Of a DNA stretch of 64,000 nt, positions 29,523 through 39,418 are shown in pieces (the stretch's first letter is position 1; each line of letters starts with the position of its first letter). Source of the stretch: Gemmatimonadales bacterium (GTDB taxonomy: Bacteria > Gemmatimonadota > Gemmatimonadetes > Gemmatimonadales > GWC2-71-9). The notes under the pieces were generated by a model. It saw nothing but the letters and a program-made list of their open reading frames with translations, did no database searches and was not told the origin of the DNA. The stretch lies in the NCBI GenBank assembly GCA_041613315.1, contig JBFJHJ010000009.1, positions 11,607-75,606 on the forward strand, in the 5' to 3' direction. Made by a program: the position numbers and the translations under genes.

Positions 29523-31172
29523 TCACTGTGCCGCTTGTTGTCCCCCCCCGAAGAGCCGATAGAACAGCCGCGCGTAGAAATTGAGCGTCCGCGTCTTTGG
29601 TGTGAGCCCCCCATCTCCCCGGAACGCCGCGCGGTAGTCGATCCCCGCCTCGACGGGGAGCCCGCGCCCGCCGCGTCCCGACGGCGGTCGAAAGTAGACG
29701 CCGCCGCCGAAGCTCAGCATTTGCTGCGCCGTCTCGCGCGCGAGGTCGTCGGGGTTCACGACGACCGTGGCCGGCGCGTCGGGGGCGAGGGCGAAACGGT
29801 CGGATGCTCGGCGGACGTAGTGCCCGGAGAAATAGGCGGTGAACGAGGGGCTCAGCCGGAGGGCCGGAAAGACGCTCAGCTGCATGATGTCGCCGAGGTT
29901 CCGCTCCACGAGGAGTTCGGTTGACGCGGGCGCGATGGGCTGCTCCGGCGCCGTCACGCGGCGGACCAAGCGGTCCGGCAGTTGCAGGGTATACGACCCG
30001 GCAATCCCGAGGGAGACGACGCTGCCGGGGTCCCAGGCCATCTCGAGACCGAACTCCACGTCCGTCTGCCGGTCGCCACTGCCCAGATCGGTGAAGTGGT
30101 GGGGACGGTCCCGGGTGCCGGTCGGCAAGCGCACGGTGCCCCGAACGACCGTGCGGAACGTGCGACCGCGTGCGAACCCGGCCCGAAGCCCGACCTCCAT
30201 GTCCCCCAGCCGCTGCGTCAGCTTGGCGAAGGCGATCGGCAATGCGTCGTAACCGAACTCCGCCGCCCCGAGCACGCCGTCGATGGTCGAGAGGGCGGGC
30301 CGCCCCCCGGGGAGGGGGAGCGTCGCCGTGAGCGCGCTCGCGCCGAAGTTCTGGAGATCGGTGGAGACCGATTGGATCGCGCCGAGAATCGCCAGTCCGG
30401 CGGTCGACGTCGCCAGTGGGGCGAACGGCGGCAGCGGAAACGCCGCCGCTCCGGAAGACGGAACGCCGGTCAGCGCGATGAGGTCGCTCCGGATGCCTCG
30501 CGCGCGCGCGACGAGAGCGCGCGCTTGGTCGCACATGGAGCTCGAGGGGCAGCCGAACGCTCCCGCGGCGATCTGCGCCTCGACCGAGGCGGCGCCGGCT
30601 TCCAGCTGCCCCAGCAACAGCTGGATCTGCGCGATCGCCGCGGCATTGCCGGCGAGCGCCGCCGCTTGATTCAATCCGATGTTCGCGGTCGCGGAATCCA
30701 CCTGGAGGTCGGCCTGCATGCGGGTCGTCACGATCGGCACCGACACCTGAAAGGTGAGCCAGTCGGCCAGCCCGACGGAGACGTTGAACGGGAAGTGCCG
30801 GATGTCGGCGTCGAGCGTCGTGCGGAAGCGGCCGGCGCTCATCGTGTAGGAGGCATCGGCGATCATCGAGCGCACGGCGAGCTCGGCCGCGGCCGCGGTG
30901 GGAAAGAGGCGCACACCGGCCGAGTCGGCGGAGAGGTCGGTCCCGATCGCCTCGCTCGTCCCGTCGGAAGCAAACCGCTCGTTAAACGACTGATAGCGCG
31001 GCTCGAAGCTCAGCCGCAGGGCGCCGCGCGGCACCAACCGGGCGTCAACGTACGGCGGCGCGATCTGCGCGCTCGCCGTTGCGGCGGCTGCGGCGGCCAG
31101 GAGGGTGAGGACTGCTGCGGCCCGCCGAACGGGGCTCCGCGCCGACGAGCGGAAACGCGAACGACGGCGCAT
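29523..31172 (-). CDS. Exported hypothetical protein, probable outer-membrane beta-barrel
   Basis: Signal peptide ending ASA-Q; amphipathic beta-strand pattern with a GDMEVG...LPTG motif; aromatic-rich C-terminal strand LNFYARLFYRLF. Confidence 0.6.
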   Translation of the reverse strand: MRRRSRFRSSARSPVRRAAAVLTLLAAAAAATASAQIAPPYVDARLVPRGALRLSFEPRYQSFNERFASDGTSEAIGTDLSADSAGVRLFPTAAAAELAVRSMIADASYTMSAGRFRTTLDADIRHFPFNVSVGLADWLTFQVSVPIVTTRMQADLQVDSATANIGLNQAAALAGNAAAIAQIQLLLGQLEAGAASVEAQIAAGAFGCPSSSMCDQARALVARARGIRSDLIALTGVPSSGAAAFPLPPFAPLATSTAGLAILGAIQSVSTDLQNFGASALTATLPLPGGRPALSTIDGVLGAAEFGYDALPIAFAKLTQRLGDMEVGLRAGFARGRTFRTVVRGTVRLPTGTRDRPHHFTDLGSGDRQTDVEFGLEMAWDPGSVVSLGIAGSYTLQLPDRLVRRVTAPEQPIAPASTELLVERNLGDIMQLSVFPALRLSPSFTAYFSGHYVRRASDRFALAPDAPATVVVNPDDLARETAQQMLSFGGGVYFRPPSGRGGRGLPVEAGIDYRAAFRGDGGLTPKTRTLNFYARLFYRLFGGGQQAAQ

Positions 31173-31230
31173 GGGGATCGTTCCCGCCGCGTCCGCCCTG
31201 ACCGTCCGTTCCGTGCTTACCGCCCCTCCG

Positions 31231-32451
31231 TCACCGCCGCACCCGCTGGAGGGTCAAGCCGTACTCCGCGTTGATCGCGTCGATGACGTGGTCCGCGACC
31301 AGTTGGTGCGTCGCGGCGCTGGGGTGGAACCCGTCCCGGCTGAAGAAGGTCCCGAACGGCGCCGTGACGCTGAGCGACGACGGTGGGACGTTCGGGAACA
31401 ACGGGATTTGGCCGGCCTGCCGGAGCGAATCGAGGACCGGGTTGGGATCCAGATACGCCCAACCGTTGTCGGCGGCGGCGGCGGCGATCGTCTGGTTGTA
31501 CGACGCGACCGCTCCACCGATCGTGAGCAGCTCGGCGCCCGTCAGGACGGGCGCGTCGTTCACGCAATCAAGCGTGACCGCCGCGCCGCCCGCCGCGGCC
31601 GCGAAGAGCACGCCGAAGCCGTAGCCGAAGGGCACGAGCGTCGTCTCCCCCACGCCGCCGAAGGCCGCGGGCGCGCAGTTGTTGCTCACCGCGAACGTCG
31701 GCGGCCACCCGGGCGCCATGGACGCCTGCCAGTAGGCGGCTCCGGGGGAGAGGTGGGGAATACTGGTCACGTTGCCGACCCCGATCAGCACGGCGCCCTG
31801 GAGCGGCAGGGCCGCGAGCGCGTCGACCATCGCGTCATACCGGGTGGCGAAGACGTCGGTCGGCGTGACCAGGCCCACGTTACCGCTCAGCGCGGCTCCG
31901 AGGACGTCGTTGTTGCCGATCCATACCGTTGCGAACGTCGGGTCAACGGCCGCCGCGGCCTCGAGTTGCGTGCGGCCGCCCAGGAAGAACGTCGTTAAGG
32001 CATTGGCGCCGCTCGCAGGATCCAAGTTGTTCAGCACGTCGATCACGGCGGCGCCCGGTACGGCGACGTTATTGAGAAACGTGGGCACGGGCGCCTTGCG
32101 GAGGGCGCAAGGCGGGGCGGCGGCACCGCCCACGCGCTCCAGTGTGAAGATGTTCACGATCGGTGGCGGGCATCCGGGTGCGCTCAACAGCGGGACGTTG
32201 AACTCCGATCCGAGGCTCAGGCCGAAGGCGCCGGCCAGGAACACCGGGTAGGCCTGAAGCTGTGTGCTGTCGTTGATCCCGCCGGACTGGAACCCGGCCG
32301 TGATGCTGTTGCCGATCGCGACGTAGCGGACGAACATGTCGTTCGTGGCGGTGGGCGGCGTGAGCTCGTCGTTGCTGCACGCCCCGAGCAGTGGGATGGC
32401 GGCGGCGAGGCACAGGAGAAGCGCTCGGCTCCGTATCGGGCGACGCGTCAT
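31231..32451 (-). CDS. SGNH/GDSL-family lipolytic lipoprotein
   Basis: Lipobox LGAC; block I YVAIGNSITAG, NVAVPGA, WIGNND, DGFHP; SD GAGGA before the ATG. Confidence 0.85.
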   Translation of the reverse strand: MTRRPIRSRALLLCLAAAIPLLGACSNDELTPPTATNDMFVRYVAIGNSITAGFQSGGINDSTQLQAYPVFLAGAFGLSLGSEFNVPLLSAPGCPPPIVNIFTLERVGGAAAPPCALRKAPVPTFLNNVAVPGAAVIDVLNNLDPASGANALTTFFLGGRTQLEAAAAVDPTFATVWIGNNDVLGAALSGNVGLVTPTDVFATRYDAMVDALAALPLQGAVLIGVGNVTSIPHLSPGAAYWQASMAPGWPPTFAVSNNCAPAAFGGVGETTLVPFGYGFGVLFAAAAGGAAVTLDCVNDAPVLTGAELLTIGGAVASYNQTIAAAAADNGWAYLDPNPVLDSLRQAGQIPLFPNVPPSSLSVTAPFGTFFSRDGFHPSAATHQLVADHVIDAINAEYGLTLQRVRR

Positions 32452-32486
32452 GGCGCGATCCTCAATCGGTCGGTTCGTCGTGCGCA

Positions 32487-33878
32487 TTAGAAGTGCACGG
32501 TGAGCGTGGCGCCCACGAGGTTGGCGTTGAACGAGTAGAGACCGCTGTTGAGGGCCGTCGTCGGCAACTGGCCCGGGAGCGGGTCCCGGACCCGCCCGCG
32601 GCGCTTGTCCTGCCGGATGTATTGATACGCCACGTCGATCGAGAACCGGGGGCTCACGGCGAGGCCGACGCCGCCGGTGAACTCGTTGCGCGCCGACTCG
32701 GGCAGCAGCGGCGTGACCGTCTGGTCCGGCGCCGCCGCCTGATGGTAGAGGTACCCCCCGCGCAACGTCCACCGGTCGTCCGCCGCCCAATCGAACCCGA
32801 CTCGGAACCCCCATGTGTCCTCGTAGTCTTCCCGGATGACCCGGTCCGGTGTCAGTTGATTGGCGAAGTCGATCGTGATCGCTTCGAACACGGACCAGTT
32901 CATCCACTGCGCGTCGGCCAGGAGCATGAGCGCCGGCGTCGCGTTGACCGCGATCCCCACCTGGAGCTGATCCGGCATCGTGATGCTGGTCGTGGCGGTG
33001 CCGTTTGCGAGCGCGGTGAAGACGCCCGCGCCCTGGAGCACCTGGTCGAGCGTCGTGCCGGCCGGAGCCCCGAACGGGTTGCCGGCCGGTAACACGATGC
33101 CGGTGGCCACCGCCGCAAACGTGGCGTCGCCCTCATAGTCCAGCGTGACGCGGGTGAGGTAGCGGGCTCCGAGGCTGAAGCGCTCGTTGGGCGTGAGCAG
33201 CACGCCGAAGTGTCCCCCGAAGCCCGTCGCGCCCGTGGCCTTGAGCCGGGCGTTCGCGAAGTCGGTATGGAACGGGATGCCCAGCTGGCCGAGCGTCGTC
33301 CCAAGTGGTGCCGGGGGTGGCGCCGGGAGCTCCCACGCGTCCAGCCGCTGGTTCAACTCGACCGACCCGATCACGATGTCGAAGCCCGCGCCCACGGCGA
33401 TCTTGGGATGTGGCTTCCACGACAGGGTCGGCTGGATGTAGAACGACTGCAGGTCGTTGTCATAGCCGCTGAAGCGCCCCTCGAACGTGGTCGGCCACCG
33501 GGTGCCGAGGCCGTAGGGCACGAAGAGGCCGACGCCCGCCGCCCATTGCGCGTTGATCCCATAAGTCGCGTACACGTGGGGGACGGGAATGAGGCTGTTG
33601 GTGAGGTCGGTGGTCTGACCCGTCAGATCGTCCGTGAAGTCGCCGAAGGCGTCGATCACAGTCAGGCCGGCGCTCACGGTCCAGCCCCCCATGCCCGCCA
33701 GGCCGGCGGGGTTGTACAGCACGGCCGAGCCGTCAGGGCACGGCGCGGCGGTCCCGGTGCCGGCGCGGCCCATCTGGCAGGTGCCGTGCTCGTTGACGGC
33801 AAAGCCCTGCGCGGCGATCGGGGGTGACGTGACGAAGAGCGCCGCGCTGGCGAGGCCCGCGCACAACGGAAGTCGCAT
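32487..33878 (-). CDS. FadL/OmpP1/TodX-family outer-membrane transporter
   Basis: Signal peptide, MGRAG...SAVLYNPAG hatch motif, PYGLGTRW, C-terminal Phe. Confidence 0.88.
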   Translation of the reverse strand: MRLPLCAGLASAALFVTSPPIAAQGFAVNEHGTCQMGRAGTGTAAPCPDGSAVLYNPAGLAGMGGWTVSAGLTVIDAFGDFTDDLTGQTTDLTNSLIPVPHVYATYGINAQWAAGVGLFVPYGLGTRWPTTFEGRFSGYDNDLQSFYIQPTLSWKPHPKIAVGAGFDIVIGSVELNQRLDAWELPAPPPAPLGTTLGQLGIPFHTDFANARLKATGATGFGGHFGVLLTPNERFSLGARYLTRVTLDYEGDATFAAVATGIVLPAGNPFGAPAGTTLDQVLQGAGVFTALANGTATTSITMPDQLQVGIAVNATPALMLLADAQWMNWSVFEAITIDFANQLTPDRVIREDYEDTWGFRVGFDWAADDRWTLRGGYLYHQAAAPDQTVTPLLPESARNEFTGGVGLAVSPRFSIDVAYQYIRQDKRRGRVRDPLPGQLPTTALNSGLYSFNANLVGATLTVHF

Positions 33879-33912
33879 GTGATGCTCCGAGCGGTTGAGG
33901 TGCACGTGAGCG

Positions 33913-33942
33913 AGGTTAATCGAAAAGGGGGCGGAAAGTCAA
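33913..33942 (-). promoter_or_regulatory. Putative sigma70 promoter of the FadL-lipase-OMP unit
   Basis: Minus strand TTGACT, 18 nt spacer, TAACCT. Confidence 0.5.
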
Positions 33943-33953
33943 CGAAACCGGGC

Positions 33954-35738
33954 TCATTCCTGGAGCAGCGCGCGATCGTAGGCTGCGAAGATCTCCGGCC
34001 GGCCGATCAGCCCGATCAGCCGCCCGGCATCGCGCGGATCCACCACCGGAATGTGGTGGCTGCCCCGCATGGCTAGGCGCTGCAGGGCCGTGCGGAGGGA
34101 GTCGTCCGGGGTGACGGTCTCGTACTGCTGGCTGGCCAGGTCCCCCGCCACGACCACGGGTCCCAACCGGTCGGCATCGGTCAGCACGGTCCGCAAGTCG
34201 GCGTAGGTCAACATCCCGACCAGCTTGAGCTCGGCGTTCAACACGGGGAATTCAGTCTGGGGGCTCGTGCCGATCGCCTGGACGATCTGTCTCACCGTGG
34301 CGCCCTCGCCGATCACGTGGGGATCCTTGTTGAAGGACCCCCCGACCCGGAGTCGCTCCAGGATCGCCGTGTCCCGGCCCAGGTGAATCGTCTCGCCCCG
34401 GCGCACCAGCCATTCGGAGTAGATGGAGTGGGGGTGGATCCGCCGGGCCGTGAGGTAGGCGATCGCGCCGCACAGCATCAGCGGCAAGATGAGGGCGTAA
34501 TCGCCGGTCATCTCGAAGACGATCATGATCGCCGTGAGCGGAGCGTGTGTCGCCCCCGCCACGAGTCCCGCCATCCCGACCAGCGCGAACGCCTCGGGGA
34601 CGATGGCGAACCCCGGCAACACCGGGGCGGCCAGTGCGGCGACGCCACCCCCCAGCGTGGCGCCGACGAACAGGGCTGGCGTGAAGACACCGCCCGCCCG
34701 GGTCACCGCGAGCGTCGTGGCGGCGGCGATCATCTTGGCGAAGGCGAGCCCCAGGAGAAACGTGCCGCTGCGCGCCCCGATCAGGTCGATCGACAGGCTC
34801 TCGTGGCCGCGGCCCCAGAGGTCCGCCTTGAACACCACGTCCAGCACGCCCACGATGACGGCCCCCACCACGACGGCCCACACGCCGCCCAGACGCTTCA
34901 GCGCGTCCTGCACGCGGTAGAAGCTCTTCGTATAGATCACGGCCGCGATCCCGCACACGATCCCCAGGATCGCATAGAACACGAACTCGCTGGGCGGACC
35001 GACGCCGTACTCCGTCGGAATGGCGATGACGGGGGTGTCACCGAATGCACCGCGGGAGATCACGGCGGCGATAACGCTTGCGATGAGGATCGGCGGGAAG
35101 GCGCTCGCGCCAAACGTCCCGATCACCTTCTCGAGCGAGAAAAAGACGCCGGCGATGGGGGCGTTGAACGCCGCGGAGATCCCCGCCGCCGCGCCGCAGG
35201 CCACGAGCAGCCGCAGCCGCTCGGGGCCCGAGCGGAAGAACCGGCCGATCCTCGAGCCCAACGCCGAGCCGGCGACCGCCACCGGGCCTTCCGCGCCGAC
35301 CGAGCCGCCGGCACCGATGGCGATGGCCGCGCTCGCGGTCTTGATCGCGACGTGCCAAGCGTTGATCACGCCGCCACGCTTGGCCACGGCCAGCATGACG
35401 TCCGGGATGTTGTCGCCGTCGGAGTCGCCCGTGCCATGCATGACGAGCAGCCGGGTGAGGGCGAGGCCCGCCAGCACCACGAGGATGATCGCGACGCTGC
35501 CGAACCCGGTGAAGCGACCGGCGGTCGTGAGGGCCAGCTTCTGGGCCACGTCGATCAGCCGGTAGAACACGATCACGGTGAGGCCCACCGCTACACCGAT
35601 GACCAGGGCGAACCCTAGGAGGAGCGTGTTCTCGTCGATGCCGAGGCGCGGGAGGCGGCCGACGAAGCCGTCAGCGAAGTCGCTGACGCGGGCGCTGACG
35701 GCACGCTGCCAGGCGCGCAGGCGGGAAAGTTCGGGCAT
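33954..35738 (-). CDS. ClC-family chloride channel/antiporter with C-terminal CBS pair
   Basis: GGSVGAEGP, CGAAAGISAAFNAPIAG, GGVFTP, APLTAIMIVFEMTGDY, two CBS domains; ATG at 35738 preferred over GTG at 35780. Confidence 0.93.
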   Translation of the reverse strand: MPELSRLRAWQRAVSARVSDFADGFVGRLPRLGIDENTLLLGFALVIGVAVGLTVIVFYRLIDVAQKLALTTAGRFTGFGSVAIILVVLAGLALTRLLVMHGTGDSDGDNIPDVMLAVAKRGGVINAWHVAIKTASAAIAIGAGGSVGAEGPVAVAGSALGSRIGRFFRSGPERLRLLVACGAAAGISAAFNAPIAGVFFSLEKVIGTFGASAFPPILIASVIAAVISRGAFGDTPVIAIPTEYGVGPPSEFVFYAILGIVCGIAAVIYTKSFYRVQDALKRLGGVWAVVVGAVIVGVLDVVFKADLWGRGHESLSIDLIGARSGTFLLGLAFAKMIAAATTLAVTRAGGVFTPALFVGATLGGGVAALAAPVLPGFAIVPEAFALVGMAGLVAGATHAPLTAIMIVFEMTGDYALILPLMLCGAIAYLTARRIHPHSIYSEWLVRRGETIHLGRDTAILERLRVGGSFNKDPHVIGEGATVRQIVQAIGTSPQTEFPVLNAELKLVGMLTYADLRTVLTDADRLGPVVVAGDLASQQYETVTPDDSLRTALQRLAMRGSHHIPVVDPRDAGRLIGLIGRPEIFAAYDRALLQE

Positions 35739-35871
35739 CGTCGCAGCAGAAGATACGCGCTGGCGCAAAGGAGTGTCCACGTCCGATCCCCGGCGGCGAC
35801 TTCCCCCCGCGGCGGAGCCTGGCCATCTTCCGGGTCCACGACCGACCGATTACGAAACCACGGAGGACTTC

Positions 35872-36519
35872 ATGCGTCTTGGCATCGTCGCGATCGCCGC
35901 CCTGGTCTTGAGCGCTCCGGGCGCCGCGCAGGAGCAACCGAAGCTCGAGCGGCCCGCCGACTGGAAGGTCCGGTTCGACCGGGCCGGCTCGCCCGACTCG
36001 GCCCTCTACTTCGTCACGATGCCCCCCGGGTGGCACGTGACCACCGGCCCGGCGGCGATCCTGTACAACCCGGCCACCAGCGCCTCTGGCCAGTACCGGA
36101 TCGAAACCACGATCTTCCTGTTCGATCCGGGCCGTCGGCATCGGGAGGCGTACGGGATCTTCTTCGGCGGCCGCCACCTCGAGGGCGACGAGCAGGCCTA
36201 CACCTACTTCCTGATCCGGGACACGGCCGAGTTCCTCGTGAAGCGGCGGACGGGCGCGACCACGGCCGACGTGCTCCCCTGGACGGCGACGAGCGCCATC
36301 GTGAAGCATGCCGGAGGGAGCGAGAACGCCAAGAACGTGCTCGCCGTGGAGTGCGGCCCGCGGACGGTGGATTTCTACGTGAACGGCGAGAAGGTGGCGA
36401 GCGTGCCACGCGCGGACGTGGACACCAACGGGATCGTTGGCCTTCGGGTGAACCACAGCCTGAACCTGCACGTGAGCGAACTCAAGGTCGAGAAGAAGTC
36501 CGGAGCCGGCGGCCGCTAA
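35872..36519 (+). CDS. Exported hypothetical protein (possible DUF1080/ConA-like beta-sandwich)
   Basis: SD GGAGG, signal peptide ending GAA-Q, beta-rich sequence with FYVNGEKV and GIVGLRVNH. Confidence 0.65.
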   Translation: MRLGIVAIAALVLSAPGAAQEQPKLERPADWKVRFDRAGSPDSALYFVTMPPGWHVTTGPAAILYNPATSASGQYRIETTIFLFDPGRRHREAYGIFFGGRHLEGDEQAYTYFLIRDTAEFLVKRRTGATTADVLPWTATSAIVKHAGGSENAKNVLAVECGPRTVDFYVNGEKVASVPRADVDTNGIVGLRVNHSLNLHVSELKVEKKSGAGGR

Positions 36520-36601
36520 GGCGGAACCGATCACGCGCGCGAGCCGCGGCTCCCGGCGGGACGGGTGCTGCGGCTCCGCGCATGTTCGGGCCGCGACCGG
36601 A

Positions 36602-37597
36602 GTGATGGTGCCACCGCCGTTCCGCGGTCTCATCATCGTGCTGGCGCTCGTGACCGGCATCCTCGTGCTGGTGGGCGCGTGGCACCTGCTCGCGGAGGCG
36701 CGGGGGGAGCGGACGCGGGGCGGAGGACGACGGGACGGCTCGAGCCATGCCGCGACGCTGCTGGAGCGCACCGGCTGGGTGCCCGCGCGGCTGGCCGAAA
36801 GCTCCGGGATCGCGGTGAGCCAGGCCCATCCCGGCGTGCTCTGGTCGCACAACGACGCGGGCGATGAGCCCGTGATCTACGCGATCGACCTGACGGGGCG
36901 GCCGTTGGCGCGCTTCCGCGTGCGGGGCGCGGTGGCGGTGGACTGGGAAGATCTGGCGCGAGGCCCGTGTCCGGGCGCCGCGAGCGGCGATGGGGACTGT
37001 CTGTACATCGGCGACATCGGAGACAACGAGGCGCGGCGCCGTGCCGTGACGCTCTACGTGGTGCCGGAGCCGGACGCGGCGTCGGTGTCGGCCAGCGGCG
37101 CGAGCGAGGCGGTTGCGATCCGCGCGGTCACCTTCCGCTATCCGGACGGGGCGCACGACGCGGAAGCCCTGGCGGTCACGCCCGAGGGCGCCGTCCTCAT
37201 CGTCACCAAGGGGCGCACCGGCCCGATCCAACTCTTCGAGATCGGACGCGAGGCGATCGCGCGGCCGACCGGGAGGACCGACACGGTGACGGCGCAGTTC
37301 CGCGGCACGCTGCCCATCCAACCGGACGCCCGCATCGGACGTTACGTGACGGGGGCGGCGTTTTCGCCCTCGGGGGCGACGCTCGCCGTGCGGACCTACA
37401 CGGAGCTGTTCTTCTTTACGCGCGCTACGGACGGTCGCTACGGACCGGTCGGGTCGCCATGCTTCCTGGGGACGGCGCGGGGGCTGGCCGAGCCCCAGGG
37501 TGAGGCCGTGGACTATCTCGACGACGAAACGCTGGTGATCACGAGCGAGGCGGGACGCGGCGTGCCGGGCCCGATCCATCGGGTGCGTTGCGGGTGA
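36602..37597 (+). CDS. Membrane-anchored hypothetical protein, probable beta-propeller
   Basis: N-terminal TM helix; ESSG..WSHNDAG, DWEDLA, YIGDIGDN, DAEAL and QGEAV acidic repeat motifs. Confidence 0.65.
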   Translation: MMVPPPFRGLIIVLALVTGILVLVGAWHLLAEARGERTRGGGRRDGSSHAATLLERTGWVPARLAESSGIAVSQAHPGVLWSHNDAGDEPVIYAIDLTGRPLARFRVRGAVAVDWEDLARGPCPGAASGDGDCLYIGDIGDNEARRRAVTLYVVPEPDAASVSASGASEAVAIRAVTFRYPDGAHDAEALAVTPEGAVLIVTKGRTGPIQLFEIGREAIARPTGRTDTVTAQFRGTLPIQPDARIGRYVTGAAFSPSGATLAVRTYTELFFFTRATDGRYGPVGSPCFLGTARGLAEPQGEAVDYLDDETLVITSEAGRGVPGPIHRVRCG

Positions 37598-37828
37598 TCG
37601 GCGAGGCGTCGGGGTCAGCGGCTTGCGGGATGCGCTCGGGCTTGGGTGGCGGCCGGCGATGCCCGTTCCAGCGTGCACCGGCGGCGTCAAGGGTCCGTCG
37701 AGGGAGCGCGGGCACCCCGAGCTTGCTGTGGAAGTCTGGGCGCTGTCTTGTTGAGGGTTGGAAAGCACCATGACGGCGTGGCGACCGCGGCGCGCGTGGC
37801 GCGGTCGGCACCCGATGTGGCGACAACG

Positions 37829-37912
37829 GCCCGGGTGGCGGAATGGGCAGACGCAAGGGACTTAAAATCCCTGGGGGGCAACCCCGTGCGGGTTCGACTC
37901 CCGCCCCGGGCA
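37829..37912 (+). tRNA. tRNA-Leu(UAA), CCA not encoded
   Basis: Acceptor stem GCCCGGG/CCCGGGC, D-arm GGCGGAATGGGCAGACGC, anticodon arm AGGGA-CTTAAAA-TCCCT, long variable arm GGGG-CAA-CCCC, GGTTCGACTCC T-arm, discriminator A. Confidence 0.96.
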
Positions 37913-37975
37913 CTGGGCGATTGGCCTCGCGGCCGGGGGCGCAGTCGGTAGTTGCGCCCCCGGGTTGCGTTCGGC

Positions 37976-38944
37976 CTACCGCAGCGGCCGGGCTCTCCAG
38001 GCGGGCACCGCATCGAAGATGGGCGTCCCGTCAGGCTGTGTGGTGTTGAAGGTGAGCTGAGTCCTCCCGGTCCCGTCCGCATTGATGACGACGATCTCTT
38101 CGTCGCCGTCGGCCGTGCTGTGGAATGCGATATGCTTGCCGTCGGGCGACCAGACGGGGTCATCGTCGTCAATGCCGTCATTGAACGTGAGCTGCGTGAC
38201 GCCGCTCCCGTCCGCGTTCATGACGAACAGATCGATATCGCCCCCGTCGCGCGTGCTGCTGAACAGGATCCGCTTGCCGTCCGGCGACCAGCCCGCTCGA
38301 TCGCCGAAGTCGAGCGCAGGATCGTCGGTCAGCCGGACAACCCCGCTCCCGTCGGCGTTCATGACGTAGATGTCCAAGTTGTCATCACGGAAGCTGCTGA
38401 AGAGAATCTGCTTTCCGTTGGGGGACCAGCCGGTCGGGAAGCCGCCGCCCAGGGTCAGTTGCGTCACGCCGCTCCCGTCAACGTTCATCACGTAGACTTC
38501 GCCGTCACGGCCGAAGGCAATCCGCTGGCCGTTGGGTGACCAGGCGCCTGGGAAGCCATTGTCGATCAGCACCTGCTCCCCACTCCCATCCGCGTTGATG
38601 ACGACGACCTGACAGCGGTCAGGAAAGCATCTGCCGAACGCGATCTGTCTACCGTTCGGCGACCAGATGGGATCGAATTCGTGAACATCGTTGTGCGTCA
38701 GCTGGGTGACTTGGCTGCCGTCCGCGTTCATGGCGAAGATCTCGAAGTCGCCGTCGCGGCTGCTGTGGAACGCGATGGCGCCCTTGAGGCCATGGCCCGG
38801 GGCGTGGGTGAACCGGGGTCCGTCGAGTACCGGCGCGAGCCCGGCGTCCCGACACCCGGCGAGTAGGGCCCCGAGGACGACGAGAGGCAGCAGGGGTAGG
38901 ACCCCTCTTCCAGGCGATGGCCTGGGATGCAGTGGGTGGTGCAT
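37976..38944 (-). CDS. TolB-like PD40/WD40-repeat lipoprotein
   Basis: Lipobox LAGC, SD AGGAGG, about 6 repeats of W-S-P-[ND]-G..I.F...R-D-G..IY.MNADGS....LT. Confidence 0.88.
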   Translation of the reverse strand: MHHPLHPRPSPGRGVLPLLPLVVLGALLAGCRDAGLAPVLDGPRFTHAPGHGLKGAIAFHSSRDGDFEIFAMNADGSQVTQLTHNDVHEFDPIWSPNGRQIAFGRCFPDRCQVVVINADGSGEQVLIDNGFPGAWSPNGQRIAFGRDGEVYVMNVDGSGVTQLTLGGGFPTGWSPNGKQILFSSFRDDNLDIYVMNADGSGVVRLTDDPALDFGDRAGWSPDGKRILFSSTRDGGDIDLFVMNADGSGVTQLTFNDGIDDDDPVWSPDGKHIAFHSTADGDEEIVVINADGTGRTQLTFNTTQPDGTPIFDAVPAWRARPLR

Positions 38945-39146
38945 GGGTTCCTCCTGGGTCGAGCATGGGGGTTGCCGCACGGCGGCGGCCAGGTGAGGGA
39001 AGCACCCCTGTCGCTGGCGGGCGGTCGGGTTGTCGGAGGGACGTCCAGGAGGGCGTCGATACGGCAGCAGGGCCGTGCTTGGCCAGCGGCGGAATGCTCC
39101 CTAGAGCCGTCCGCCGAAGCGAATCAACGTACACATCGGTGGCATC

Positions 39147-39350
39147 TTGTCAACTGAGGCCGTACCCGGGCTGGCTCGGAGGGCGCGGCCACATCGCTTG
39201 GTCACAGCCTTGGCGAGCGGGGAACTCCGTCTCGACGCTGATGACCACTTGTACCTGAGTCAGTTGACCATTGGATCGACCGAGCTGGACAGTCAGTTCC
39301 AGGCGGACTTTGTGTTCTCCCTCGGACTGGCGATCGGCCTCGGGCGCTAA
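39147..39350 (+). pseudogene. Possible remnant encoding only the C-terminus of an outer-membrane beta-barrel
   Basis: Ends LRLDADDHLY...QADFVFSLGLAIGLGR (alternating hydrophobic strands); no credible N-terminus or signal peptide. Confidence 0.3.
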
Positions 39351-39418
39351 CGCGGAACGGTCGACGGGGTGCGGAACAGTGAGTGAGGTGCGGGGTTTCT
39401 AGCCGTACCTCATTCCGG

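Noticed and set aside
37829..37912. bldA-like regulation through rare TTA codons
   Set aside because: TTA codons occur early in some genes (5271, 13608, 15759, 56306) but also mid or late in others (FadL, NTT-HEAT); no functional pattern can be supported without genome-wide counts.
37976..38760. Periodic DNA repeats resembling a CRISPR array
   Set aside because: They are degenerate coding repeats of PD40 blades, with no fixed repeat/unique spacer pattern and no cas genes.
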